Origin: Enoplolaimus lenunculus
Lineage: Eukaryota
Length of the DNA: 64,000 nt
NCBI GenBank assembly: GCA_030248215.1
Contig: JASANG010001107.1
Coordinates: forward strand, 682,001 to 746,000
Direction: 5' to 3'
Part shown: in pieces, positions 39,201 through 52,800 of the stretch
How positions within the stretch are numbered: position 1 is the first letter of the stretch
Layout: each line of letters starts with the position of its first letter
Position numbers and translations under genes: made by a program
Notes under the pieces: model-generated
The model's database searches: none
What the model was told of the DNA's origin: nothing
What the model saw: only the letters and a program-made list of their open reading frames with translations

Positions 39201-42200
39201 TTTCATTCTTGGACTCGTCTCCAGAGAACGATGAATGCGCAATACATTCGACCACGGGATTTATGAAATCACAATTTTGTGTTTGTATCTTGCAACTCAG
39301 TATTTTTAGTTTACACTCGAATCGGTTCAGGAGCTCGTGATGGGGTCTTCCATTTTTCCTTCTTCTTGAACTGTACCTCGAGTGGAGTATTATAAAGTTT
39401 ACATCAGGGCTCTGTGTGCATTTCACCCAACAAGCTTAAGCATGAGCCCTAGCCGGAGTCCAAACGGAAGTTTTAGCTCAATCCTAAGCGTTGAGCTTAT
39501 GCCTAAGCCTAATAATAAACCTAACTAACTGTAAATATTAAACCTAAGTTATGCTAAAGTCAGAAAATTTCAAAAACCATGGAAGGAAACGGTCTAAAAT
39601 ATAAATGCCTACTTCAAATTTAGCAAAATGTGTAGTGCCTCTGTTAGCATTAGTTTTTACTGACTCTTTATGGTAATTATATACGGGCGCTGTATTAAAA
39701 GTGTAATTATTTCGGACTTCAGTTTGTTCCTGCTACCGCAATAGCGATGTTAGTTGATCGTAAATTACTTCAATACGAGGATTTGGTATCAAAGTATTGG
39801 CCAGAATTTGCTCAAAACAATAAATACAATGTAACCGTTGGTATGGTCATGTGCCATGCGGTAAGATTCCTTTAAAACTATATACATCTGTCCTGCTCAT
39901 TTCCGACAAGAATAACGGTGGATTTTAGGGATCGGAAGGCTTTGGCTTAGGATTTGGCTTACGCTTAGTGGACAGGCCGTTGCCGTTACCATGGGCCAAA
40001 TTATCAATGACCTATGCATGATGAATTTCATAATTCTACTATGAAATAACATATACACTTTTTAAATTTTAATGCTAGGATCGAACCAGTATCTTCTGCA
40101 TCCGTCCTTAATTACTAGTAAGTATTCTAGTCTGGTGTAAGCTGTACGGACCGGTCGCTCACGGCGGATCTGATTCGAGACTATGCAGCTTTGGGCCGCG
40201 CCTTAGCTGAGACTCATCCAGCGTGGCCTCCTGGACGTGGACACGGCTATCATGGATTGACGCTCGGAAGTTTGGCTGACCAAATTGTGAGCCGTGTTGA
40301 CCAACAACATCGAAATCTGTCTAAATTTGCCTCAGATGAAATATTCAAACCCCTTGGTAAGTCGTTAGAATAGTACAGCTTTTTGCGAACTTGCCTTGCA
40401 AGTGTAAAGAAAATAAGATTAGCTTTGTGACATTTATGTTAAGTAAAAAAATTGCTACAGTAAGAAACTGGATGCGACCGGATGTCAATTTACCGGATAC
40501 CGAAAACGCATAGTGGATTATTTATTGGAACTACAGGTATAGTGATTTTATACCGGATATATACTAAATCGGGTCTAAATATCCGGTCGCACCCTGGTAG
40601 GTAACTTTGAGCTATCGGATAAAACGGTTTCTTACTGACTAAAAATAAACTTGCAAATATAACACGTTTCCAACTGATATAATAAACTTTAGTATTCACC
40701 TAACTGCATATTATGCAAGACAACTGTTCAAAATTTTACTTTTAAAAATTCCCGTTGAGGTTTCGACATATTCATTTCTCACAATGTACGCGCAAAATAA
40801 AGTGGATGACGCATTGAAGTATTAATGTGTTAGTTTTGTAGGTATAAAAGATTTTCGAATGGGTTTCGATCTCAACAAATACCATCGCATTGCGCGACCG
40901 GTACAACGTGGTTTTTGGCAATCTTGGAAAATTTCTGGTTATACATTGGAATATGTGACAGGATTTCTGAAACTTATGAAGCAAGTGGTAACACCGAATT
41001 CATTAATGAAACGAATGATGGACAATATGCCTCTATTTAGTAATGTAGGTTTTGTGATTTAAACTTTTGTTATTTTATTTTGTTTTTTTCTACGGCTTTA
41101 GTTTGGATTCGAAACCTGTATGTATTTAGTGCAAAAAGCAAGCTTTCAAAGTATTCAAGGCAGTGCCTATAGTTGCCCGGCTCTCTCAAACTAATGTCCT
41201 GGCCCTTTAGCATACGTGAAACCAGAAACTAGCAAGCGAACTGAGCTGGAAGCCGGACTCAATTTTACTTTAAAGTGCCAAACTAAAACATTACTTTGCT
41301 TATAAATCAGCTATAATATTTTGCTTACACTGTGCGGAAAAATGAATTTCCGCTCTATATACGACGCTTCAATAATTTTCGTGCTTAGTAGAATTAAAAG
41401 TTTATATGATAGCATGTAAATGAATGTAATTAAAAGCACCATAAATTGAATTGAACAGTTGCATAGTTCGATATTCAAAATTGCTCTTAGAGTAGCATAT
41501 GCTCTTCAGATTAAAAATGCATCGATTCATTTCGTTAGTACCTTTAGTACTGGTGCCATATATAGCGAAGAAAATTCGCCAACGAAACGAGCCAGAAACC
41601 AGACGCATTTTCTCTATTCAAACTTCTCAAAAGTCTTTTTTGTTCCAGAAGCTTTTAAAATTGATTTTATTTTCCAACGACGGGCCTTTTCAGGCCGAGC
41701 CCACCATCGTGGGGTTCCAGTTCCTAACGCGCGACACTGAAACTACTCGCTTGAAATATATGTATAGCTAGAAAAGGAGTTGCTATAACAGTAATGTTTG
41801 AAACATTTCTTTTAAGCATTATGTCTTTGTGAATCCGGAGTATTCGGATCTTGATATATCGGCTGCGAACGGAATTGGTACCGCTCGTGAATTAGGCCTG
41901 ATTGCATCGGCATTAGGCGAAGAAAAATTGGTCTCTAATAAGCTTATTCATGATACAGTGATCGGCAAAGCAGAACCGGAAGAAGTTGACCTCGTTCTTG
42001 GAGTTCCTATCACATGGAGTCACGGATATTTCGTCGACAAATTGAAATCGGCTAGTTTTGGCGTTTTATTTCATTCTCATGGCCCACGAGCGTTTATCTT
42101 TATTGCATGTAACCTAGCTCATATTCTCAAATGTGTATAGCAACAATTACCAGTTAGTAATAGGCTCTTAAACTTACTAACTATTGCAGATGTTGAACTT

Positions 42201-42759
42201 GAAATTGGCACAGCAGTAGAGCATATCATATGCGAAAAATGTGCTGATTTTTGAGCCTTAGCATTCACTGGTTCGAAAATTCCAAGATCTATCGACAACT
42301 GTTGATAGGTGCGACACACATTTAAGAATACGGGCCATAATTATAATCATATAACAACTAACGATTTAGCAACTATGCTTATCAAACCATGATTTTTCGA
42401 TTTCCTGCTGTTTTGGACTCCAGCTATAAAAATTAAAATGCTGTATTGGGATTAGTAAAGATACGTTTGGTCGCCCGTCGGTTCGATGCGATGTTTTCTT
42501 GATGTTATATACATAACCCCATCAGATATTTTTGAATTCACTCATAGGGTTTGACAGACAAGATCTTTAGAAAACTAAGTCGTTTTTAATGTTTTAGGGC
42601 GATGTCACTATAGGATCACCTGGATCAGGAGGTCAGATGGTTCGTCTGAATCCAAAAAAACGTATTGCCTTTGGGTATATAACGAATGGATTGTCAATGA
42701 CACTACGAGACAATCGATGGAGAGTTTTAGAAGATGCTATTTACAGTAGCTTGAAATAA
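36221..42759 (+). CDS. Beta-lactamase-related domain protein (serine hydrolase, nematode LACT-like); 7 exons
   Basis: Exons 36221-36378, 38829-38985, 39723-39860, 40131-40356, 40842-41044, 41817-~42050 and 42598-42759. Motifs include VDGWVAEGYEPVMEAF, IVDIWGGFAD, YSSTK (SxxK), VSKYWPEFAQN, WPPGRGHGYHGLTLG, SAANGIGTARELG, GSPGSGGQ and AFGYITNG. Confidence 0.92.
40468..40596. mobile_element. Short hAT-like MITE in intron 4 of the beta-lactamase-domain gene
   Basis: TIRs CTGGATGCGACCGGAT / ATCCGGTCGCACCCTG. The flanks GTAAGAAA / GTAGGTAA match at 6 of 8 positions. Confidence 0.65.
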
Positions 42760-45700
42760 AATTGCTGCTAGTCTCGGGTTTATAGCTATTCAACTGGGGG
42801 AGTATACAAGTAGAGGAATTGAAGAGTACGTGTTTAGAATAACCTTCGGTACCCGCAAGACCTAAACGTTTTTGAGGTTATCTCCTCGGGAAATAAAATC
42901 CTAGTTACGCCCTTGATTTCAACGTGGCTCAGTGGGAAAATTGAGTTACCCGGTTTATGCAGTTTGATAACTTTATTTCCACAGTAATAGGTTTAAAGGT
43001 AGGGTTAGTGAATAGTGTTTGCACTTTTCTTTGTTGGAATCATTGGACTGTTTTCAAAGATACAATAAATGGTGGGTAGGTCAGGGTGATAATTCGACTT
43101 GATTCGGTTTCACTACTGCTAAAGGTGACCAACTGGAAAAGTCAGTTAAAACCTGGGTTATTAAGTTATTTCCACTATTTTTAGTGTGCCATAACACGTG
43201 GTTTTTAGTTTTAGGTTTATAAAATAATGAGTTGTTCAAAATAATAATGCCCGCGTTACTGTAAAAAAAGGTCAAGGTTCGGGCAGAAGCGGATCCAAAA
43301 ATTTCTGACGGGCGCGGCTGATAAATATTACGCAAAAATGGTAAGATAGGGAGGGACGTTACCATACCATTTTACCACGAAAAATGTTGCGGGAAAAATT
43401 GTAAAAAATTTTAAGGTAGGGACCTTACCATTTGATCACAAAAAATTCTGGGGGAAAAATTTTTAGAAAAAAATTTCTGAGGGGAAGAATTGAAAGGTAA
43501 GGAAGGACCTTACCATTTTAACATAAAAAATTTTTTGATGGGGAGCGTACGCCTCCCGCTTCCCCTTCTCTGGATCCAGTAGCGGGTCCGGGTTGGGAAT
43601 CTCTGTTGTCATTGCGACCAGCAGTTGCAGCATACAGTGCCTAATGTCCTGCCCTATAACAGGACACTGTGCGAAGGGCATATTGCGTGCATTAAGCTTA
43701 GCACATACACTTGTACAAGGAAATTTACACGCTTTGCGTACATAAACCAGTTTTCAAATCAAATAGTTACAAAAGCTGCAGCAAGCGTTTGTCGCCACTT
43801 TCCAGCAGTCCCTATCTAGAAACTATTTTGTCTCTATTACCTTCAAACACTGTCAGGACAAAACTGACTTTACTAAGTATATACATGGTGTTTGTTTACA
43901 TCACACCCTAGTCATAGCACACTTTTTGACGCAATCCTAAAGGCTGGGTTGCCAGTTTTTTACCACAGTTAGAGTATTATTACATGGATGATCCATAATC
44001 TACGTCATATACATCGGGTTTTATTGAAGAATGTGAGGGTATGATTTCCATAGGCTGCCCCTTGCGATTTGGTTCCGAAGCGTTATTATTTTTTCAGCCC
44101 ACCCTGCTTTGTAAACTCCACCATTCACCCTCCTGCAATTTTGTATAATTTGCATTATTTGAATAGCATTGACCTTTTAATACAACCGACGGTGCAGTAT
44201 TTGTATTTGATATTCAAGCATTCGGGAAAACACTACAAGACTAACTGTACAAATTTTTAAATATATATATATATACTCTGTAATAGGAAATAAATGCTTT
44301 GAGTATATAATAAAATTCCAAAGTGACCTATTTTTATTCTTGCTATTGAAGCACTATGCTGTTGAATTATGTTTTATGAAGCCACTTTCGAGATGGGAAC
44401 AGATTTACTGCGATGGCGCGTGTGCATTCTAAAGGGGTTTTTTTCCTTACTCGCAGGATTATATACTTTAGATTCTTATGTTGTTAATTTGTTAACGTTT
44501 ATTTTTGTCAGTTTGTTTAAAATAAATTATGTTCTTTAAAGGTAAATACTTGTTTTCTTTCATATTTTTATTAAGTGAATACCATTCACTTAACCCTATT
44601 TCTAAATTAATCCTAAGCCTGTTCAATTTTAGGCCTGCTGTAATAAACTCAACTTTAAATTTAAGGACACCTAAACATGTAGGTGGCGACGTACTATTTG
44701 CCAAAACGGCCTTGTAAAACGGCAAGCCAAAGCAGGAATGTTCATTTTTGCATAGTTAAAAACATCAAAACGGCCACCAAAATGTTTGGATGGAATGTAC
44801 TTATTTGCTTTTCTAAAAAAATTGGGTGCCGTAGTGGCCCGAATAAGAGGGGGGTGATAAGAGAAGGGTCCCCATTTTGGGTCTCGATCAATAGGAGTCC
44901 GTATCCCTAATAACATTCCGTAAGCAGGTAGAGTCTCTAAACCCTGTTTAGAGTCCATGAATGTCAATTTTATTCCAAATTGTAGCGCATAAATGACTCC
45001 AGGACCAATCATTAGACTATCCTGATTTCGAAAATTCTGGATTCTGGAAAAAACCTTTCAACAACCATGCATAACATGCACTTTGAACCACTTTATTGAA
45101 CAATGCGTAGTGCAGGTATATTATTGTATATTCGAAACGTTAATGTCACCTTGTTATGAATAATTTTAATTAATAGCATTTCAACCTCATCTTGTTTTAT
45201 TTCAACAAAAACTAAACAATTATAGAATGTACAAATGTATATATTTTTCATGTAGGAATTACGGATTACGCATTTTTAACAGTAAAATAAAACGTACAAA
45301 TGTCACCATGTCAGTCTGCGCCTCATCAAGCACATACTCAACTGGTCTTCGTATTCTGAAGCAACATTATTCCAGTCGCTTATGGTTTCACATTTAATTT
45401 TTTACCTTTTGCTTCCAAAACAATTTTTTCTCCTTATAATGATCTTCTGCCCATCTCACCACATGTTCTATTTTCTGTGACGTGTAGCATGAATATGCAA
45501 GTTGCATCGACTTGATCGGTTCCTTTCCTGTTTTAATTCTCGCTTATGAAAAATGTAACTTGACAAAAATGAAACTTAAGTTCTCTAAAATTTGCAAATT
45601 TGTATAGATTTTCCAGCTAGTACAAGCATGATAAATCTTGGTACCGTAGAAATTATTTATTCCGTATAAAATGGTTTAGAATGCTTGCTTAATATAGTGA

Positions 45701-46027
45701 TTGGTTTTAAAGCGCGTAAAATAAGTAGCCAGTTATTTTTCAAGGGTAATTTGTTTGTGGCATTGATGAATTCACATGGTTACGTAGTGAGCAATATTTT
45801 CTGTTGGAGAATAACATCCTGATCAAGCAAATACAGCAAAACAATACTCCGCGAGGAAAAATCCGGGTCTGGAAACAAACCGGCTTGGGTACGGTGTCTT
45901 CTTTACGGATGCCCGAAAATTACAAACAAACCCACTTGGTGACACATATTTTACACAAAATCCATCAGAAATTGTAAGCAGGCGTACACTGTAGCCATCC
46001 AATATCTTGAACCCGTATGTATGTACT

Positions 46028-46794
46028 AACTAGAAAAAAATGCTCAGCACTTGAGCAAAAAGGGATATGTTTCATATTCCTATTAAAAGTATAGTAAACT
46101 AGATCAGCACATTCGCTTGATGTAACCTGGAAAAGTATTAAGAAACAATAGCGGCCAAAATCATGTTAATTATTAATTTTTCTGAAACATCTTGCGGACA
46201 GCAAATCTATTTCTAACATTGAAGTTTTTGACAGGATTTGTTAGCAATTTTCAGAAATTCCTTAGGGTCGCAGAGACATGGCTGAGGTATACCGCTCTTT
46301 GATTTTGCAAGTTAATCGATGTTGCCAGAATACGGTGCGATTTGTGAGGTTCAATAGTCGTGACTATGCAGTGAAACAGATAAATAACTCGGGTGGGAAA
46401 TGCGCATTACTGTAACAGCCATTATGTTGCCACACAATGCTCTTATGAAATTCAATTAATTATGGTAATACAAAGCCATAGGTAAACTTAATACGTTTTG
46501 TAGAGAACTTCAATATACATTCATGGATTCCAAGCAAAATCTGTCTACATTTCAGAAATAATTTCGCTTTGCATTCAAGCAAAGCATCTGTTTCTTACAA
46601 AAAATATTACAGAAATTTTGCTGTCCGCAATATGTTTCAGAAAAATTAATAATTAACATGATTTTGGCCGCTATTGTTTCTTAATACTTTTCCAGGTTAC
46701 ATCAAGCGAATGTGCTGATCTAGTTTACTATACTTTTAATAGGAATATGAAACATATCCCTTTTTGCTCAAGTGCTGAGCATTTTTTTCTAGTT
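46028..46794. mobile_element. Foldback/MITE-like element with ~178-bp near-perfect terminal inverted repeats
   Basis: 46028-~46206 is the reverse complement of ~46616-46794, with about one mismatch seen. Each end carries CTAG and a TGCTCA-n5-TGAGCA hairpin. Confidence 0.9.
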
Positions 46795-46829
46795 TCAACC
46801 GCTTTACAAAGCTGCTGCATTAATCCATG

Positions 46830-49800
46830 GGGGTGACATCGTCCGTTGCGGTGAAGCTAACCGTTTGTGTGAAACCAACCCTTGGGCTGAAACCGACCGT
46901 TGAGGTGAAACCAGCCGTTAGGGTGAAACCAACCTCTGGGGCAAAATTAACCTCTGGGGTAAAATTAACCGCTGGGGTGAAACGAACCCCTGGGGTGAAA
47001 CGAACCGTTGGGGCAAAACCAACCGTTGGGGTGAAACCAACCGTTGGGGTGGAACCAACCGTTGGGGTGAAACCAACCGTTGGGGTGAAACCAACCGTTG
47101 GGATGAAACCGACCGTTGGGGTGAAACCGACCGTTGGGGTGAAACCGACCGTTGGGGTGAAACCAACCGTTGGGGTGAAACCAACCGTTGGGGAGAAACC
47201 GACTGTTGGGGGAAACCAACTGTTGGGGTGAAACCAACCGTTGGGACAAAACCAACCGCTGGGGCCAAACCAACCGTTGCGGCAAAACCAACCGGGGGGG
47301 TGAAACCAACTGTTGGGGGCGAAGACCAACCGTTGGGCGAAACTGACCGTTGGGGTGAAACCAACCGTGGGGCTAAGCAACCGTTGGGGTGAAACCAACC
47401 GTTGGGGTAAAACCAACCGTTGGGGCTGGAACCAACTGTTGGGGTGAAACCATCCGTTGGAGTGAAGCCGTCGGTTGTGGTGAAACCAACCGTTGGGGTG
47501 AAACCAACCGTTGAGCTGAAACCAACCGTTGCGGTGAAACCAACCGTTGTGGCAAAACCAACCGTTGGGGCAAAACCAACCGTTGGGGAGAAACCAACCG
47601 TTGGGGTAAGACAAACCGTTGGGTGAAACCAACCGTTGGGGTGAAACCAACCGTTGGGGAGAAACCAACCGTTGGGGTGAAACCAACCGTTGGGGTAAAA
47701 CCCACCGTTGGGGCAAAACCAACCGTTGGGCAAAACCAACCGTTGGGGCAAAACTAACCGTTGGGGTGAAACAAACCGTTGGGGTGAAACCAAGCGTTGG
47801 GGTGAAAACAACAGTTGGGGTGATACCAACAGTAGGCTGGATATAGTGGGGGGGCAAAACCAATCGGAGGTGAAACCAACCGTTGGGCAGAAACCGACTG
47901 GTGGGGTGAAACCAACCGTTGGGGCAAAACCAACCGTTGGGGTGAAACCGACTGTTGGGGTGAGACCAACCGTTGGGGTGAAACCGACTGTTGGGGTGAG
48001 ACCAACCGTTGGGGTGAAACCAACCGTTGGGGTGAAACCAACCGTTGGGGTAAAACCAACCGTTGGGGTGGAACCCACTGTTGTGGTGAAACCATCCGTT
48101 GGAGTGAAACCATCCGTTTGGTGAAGCCAACCGTTGGGGTGAAACCAACCGTTGAGCTGAAACCAACCGTTGGGGTGAAACCAACCGTTGGGGCAAAACC
48201 AACCGTTGGGGCAAAACCAACCGTTGGGGCAAAACCAACCGTTGGGGCAAAACCAACCGTTGGGGTGAAACCAACCGTTGGGGTGAAACCAACCGTTGGG
48301 AGAAACCGACTGTTGGGTGAAACCAACCGTTGCGGTGAAACCAACCGTTGGGGCAAAACCAACCGTTGGGGCAAAACCAACCGTTGGGTCAAAACTAACC
48401 GTTGGGTTGAAACTAACCGTTGGGGTGAAACCAACCGTTGGGGTGAAACCAACCGTTGGGGTGAAACCAACCGTAAGCTCTATAAAGTGGTGGGGCAAAA
48501 CCAATCGGGGGTGACACCAACCGATGGGCAGTACCCGACTGTTGGGGGCTGAAACCAACCGTTGGCGTGAAACAAACCGTTGGGGTGAAACCAACCGTTG
48601 GGGCCAAACCAACCGTTGGGGCAAAACCAACCGTTGGGGTGAAACCGACTGTTGCGGTGAGACCAACCGTTAGGGTGAAACCGACTGTTGGGGTGAGACC
48701 AACCGTTGGAGTGAAACCAACCGTTGGGGTAAAACCAACCGTTGGGGTGGAACCCACTGTTGTGGTGAAACCATCCGTTGGAGTGAAACCATCCGTTTGG
48801 TGAAGCCAACCGTTGGGGTGAAACCAACCGTTGAGCTGAAACCAACCGTTGGGGCAAAACCAACCGTTGGGGTGAAACCAACCGTTGGGGCAAAATCAAC
48901 CGTTGGGGCAAAACCAACCGTTGGGGCAAAACCACCCGTTGGGGCAAAACCAACCGTTGGGGCAAAACCAACCGTTGGGGTGAAACCAACCGTTGGGGTG
49001 AAACCAACCGTTGGGGAGAAACCGACTGTTGGGGTGAAACCAACCGTTGCGGTGAAACCAACCGTTGGGGCAAAACCAACCGTTGGGGCAAAACCAATCG
49101 TTGGGGCAAAACTAACCGTTGGGGTGAAACCAACCGTTGGGGTGAAACCAACCGTTGGGGTGAAACCGACTGTTGGGGTGAAACCAACCGTTGGGGTGAA
49201 ACCAACCGTAAGCTCTATAAAGTGGTGGGGCAAAACCGTTGGGGCCAAACCAACCGTTGGGGCAAAACCAACCGTTGGGGCAAAACCAACCGTTGGGGCA
49301 AAACCAACCGTTGGGGTGAAACCGACTGTTGTGGTGAGACCAACCGTTGGGGTGAAACCGACTGTTGGGGTGAGACCATCCGTTGGGGTGAAACCAACCG
49401 TTGGGTAAAATCAACCGTTGGGGTGAAATCCACTGTTGTGGTGAAACCATCCGTTTGGGTGAAACCATCCGTTTGGTGAAGCCAACCGTTGGGGTGACAC
49501 CCCCCGTTGAGCTGAAACCAACCGTTGGGGAGAAACCAACCGTTTGGGCAAAACCAACCGTTGGGGCAAAACCAACCGTTGGGGCAAAACTAACCGTTGG
49601 GGTGAAACCCAACCGTTGGGGTGAAACCGACCGTTGGCGACGCCGGGGAAACCAACCGTTGGGGTGAAACCAACCGTAAGCTCTATAAAGTGGTGGGCCG
49701 CAAACCAACCGTTGCGGTGAAACCAACCGCTGGGGTGAAACCCAACCGTTGGGGCAAAACCAACCGTTGGGCAAAACAAACCGTCGGGGTAAAACTAACC

Positions 49801-52800
49801 GTTGGGTGCAAACCAACCGTTGGGGTCAAAACAACCTTTGGGTGCAAACCACCCGTTGGGTTGAAACCGACCGTTGGGGTGAAACCGACTGTTGGGGTGA
49901 AACCAACCGTTGGGGTGAAACCAACCGTAAGCTCTAGATAGTGGTGGGGCAAAACCAACCGTTGGGGCAAAACCAACCGTTGGGGTGAAACCAACCGTTG
50001 GGGAGAAACCAACCGTTGGGGCAAAACCAACCGTTGGGGCAAAACCAACCGTTGGGGATAGACCAACCGTTGGGGTGAAACCAACCGTTGGGGTGTAACC
50101 AACCGTTGGGAGAAACCGACTGTTGGGGCCAAACCAACCGGGGCGGTGAAACCAACCGTTGGGGCCAAACCAACCGTTGGGGCAAAACCAACCGTTGGGG
50201 CAAAACTAACCGTTGGGGTGAAACTAACCGTTGGGGTGAAACCAACCGTTGGGGTGAAACCAACCGTTGGGGTGAAACCAACCGTAAGCTCTATAAAGTG
50301 GTGGGGCAAAACCAATCGGAGGTGAAACCAACCGTTGGGGAGAAACCGACTGTTGGGGTGAAACCAACCGTTGGGGTGAAACAAACCGTTGGGGTGAAAC
50401 CAACCGTTGGGGCCAAACCAACCGTTGGGGCAAAACCAACCGTTGGGGTGAAACCGACTGTTGCGGTGAGACCAACCGTTAGGGTGAAACCAACCGTTGG
50501 GGTGAAACCAACCGTTGGGGTGAAACCAACCGTTGGGGAGAAACCGACTGTTGGGGTGAAACCAACCGTTGCGGTGAAACCAACCGTTGGGGCAAAACCA
50601 ACCGTTGGGGCAAAACCAATCGTTGGGGCAAAACTAACCGTTGGGGTGAAACCAACCGTTGGGGTGAAACCAACCGTTGGGGTGAAACCGACTGTTGGGG
50701 TGAAACCAACCGTTGGGGTGAAACCAACCGTAAGCTCTATAAAGTGGTGGGGCAAAACCGTTGGGGCCAAACCAACCGTTGGGGCAAAACCAACCGTTGG
50801 GGCAAAACCAACCGTTGGGGCAAAACCAACCGTTGGGGTGAAACCGACTGTTGTGGTGAGACCAACCGTTGGGGTGAAACCGACTGTTGGGGTGAGACCA
50901 TCCGTTGGGGTGAAACCAACCGTTGGGGTAAAATCAACCGTTGGGGTGGAACCCACTGTTGTGGTGAAACCATCCGTTGGGGTGAAACCATCCGTTTGGT
51001 GAAGCCAACCGTTGGGGTGAAACCAACCGTTGAGCTGAAACCAACCGTTGGGGTGAAACCAACCGTTTGGGCAAAACCAACCGTTGGGGCAAAACCAACC
51101 GTTGGGGCAAAACTAACCGTTGGGGTGAAACCAACCGTTGGGGTGAAACCAACCGTTGGGGTGAAACCGACTGTTGGGGTGAAACCAACCGTTGGGGTGA
51201 AACCAACCGTAAGCTCTATAAAGTGGTGGGGCAAAACCAACCGTTGGGGCAAAACCAACCGTTGGGGTGAAACCAACCGCTGGGGTGAAACCAACCGTTG
51301 GGGCAAAACCAACCGTTGGGGCAAAACCAACCGTTGGGGTAAAACTAACCGTTGGGGTGAAACCAACCGTTGGGGTGAAACCAACCGTTGGGGTGAAACC
51401 AACCGTTGGGGTGAAACCGACCGTTGGGGTGAAACCGACTGTTGGGGTGAAACCAACCGTTGGGGTGAAACCAACCGTAAGCTCTATAAAGTGGTGGGGC
51501 AAAACCAACCGTTGGGGCAAAACCAACCGTTGGGGTGAAACCAACCGTTGGGGTGAAACCAACCGTTGGGGCAAAACCAACCGTTGGGGCAAAACCAACC
51601 GTTGGGGCAAAACCAACCGTTGGGGTGAAACCAACCGTTGGGGTGAAACCAACCGTTGGGAGAAACCGACTGTTGGGGTGAAACCAACCGTTGCGGTGAA
51701 ACCAACCGTTGGGGCAAAACCAACCGTTGGGGCAAAACCAACCGTTGGGGCAAAACTAACCGTTGGGGTGAAACTAACCGTTGGGGTGAAACCAACCGTT
51801 GGGGTGAAACCAACCGTTGGGGTGAAACCAACCGTAAGCTCTATAAAGTGGTGGGGCAAAACCAATCGGAGGTGAAACCAACCGTTGGGGAGAAACCGAC
51901 TGTTGGGGTGAAACCAACCGTTGGGGTGAAACAAACCGTTGGGGTGAAACCAACCGTTGGGGCCAAACCAACCGTTGGGGCAAAACCAACCGTTGGGGTG
52001 AAACCGACTGTTGCGGTGAGACCAACCGTTAGGGTGAAACCGACTGTTGGGGTGAGACCAACCGTTGGAGTGAAACCAACCGTTGGGGTAAAACCAACCG
52101 TTGGGGTGGAACCCACTGTTGTGGTGAAACCATCCGTTGGAGTGAAACCATCCGTTTGGTGAAGCCAACCGTTGGGGTGAAACCAACCGTTGAGCTGAAA
52201 CCAACCGTTGGGGCAAAACCAACCGTTGGGGTGAAACCAACCGTTGGGGCAAAATCAACCGTTGGGGCAAAACCAACCGTTGGGGCAAAACCACCCGTTG
52301 GGGCAAAACCAACCGTTGGGGCAAAACCAACCGTTGGGGTGAAACCAACCGTTGGGGTGAAACCAACCGTTGGGGAGAAACCGACTGTTGGGGTGAAACC
52401 AACCGTTGCGGTGAAACCAACCGTTGGGGCAAAACCAACCGTTGGGGCAAAACCAATCGTTGGGGCAAAACTAACCGTTGGGGTGAAACCAACCGTTGGG
52501 GTGAAACCAACCGTTGGGGTGAAACCGACTGTTGGGGTGAAACCAACCGTTGGGGTGAAACCAACCGTAAGCTCTATAAAGTGGTGGGGCAAAACCGTTG
52601 GGGCCAAACCAACCGTTGGGGCAAAACCAACCGTTGGGGCAAAACCAACCGTTGGGGCAAAACCAACCGTTGGGGTGAAACCGACTGTTGTGGTGAGACC
52701 AACCGTTGGGGTGAAACCGACTGTTGGGGTGAGACCAACCGTTGGGGTGAAACCAACCGTTGGGGTAAAATCAACCGTTGGGGTGGAACCCACTGTTGTG

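Noticed and set aside
45300..46030. Protein-like minus-strand fragments downstream of the foldback element (e.g. KIEHVVRWAEDHYKEKKLFW)
   Set aside because: They are short and interrupted by stops, with no recognisable motif. Removing the foldback element does not restore a continuous frame.
49400..50160. Locally more degenerate part of the satellite as a distinct sub-family
   Set aside because: The scattered single-base indels and substitutions are not shared with other HOR copies and could be consensus or read errors. This cannot be judged without reads.
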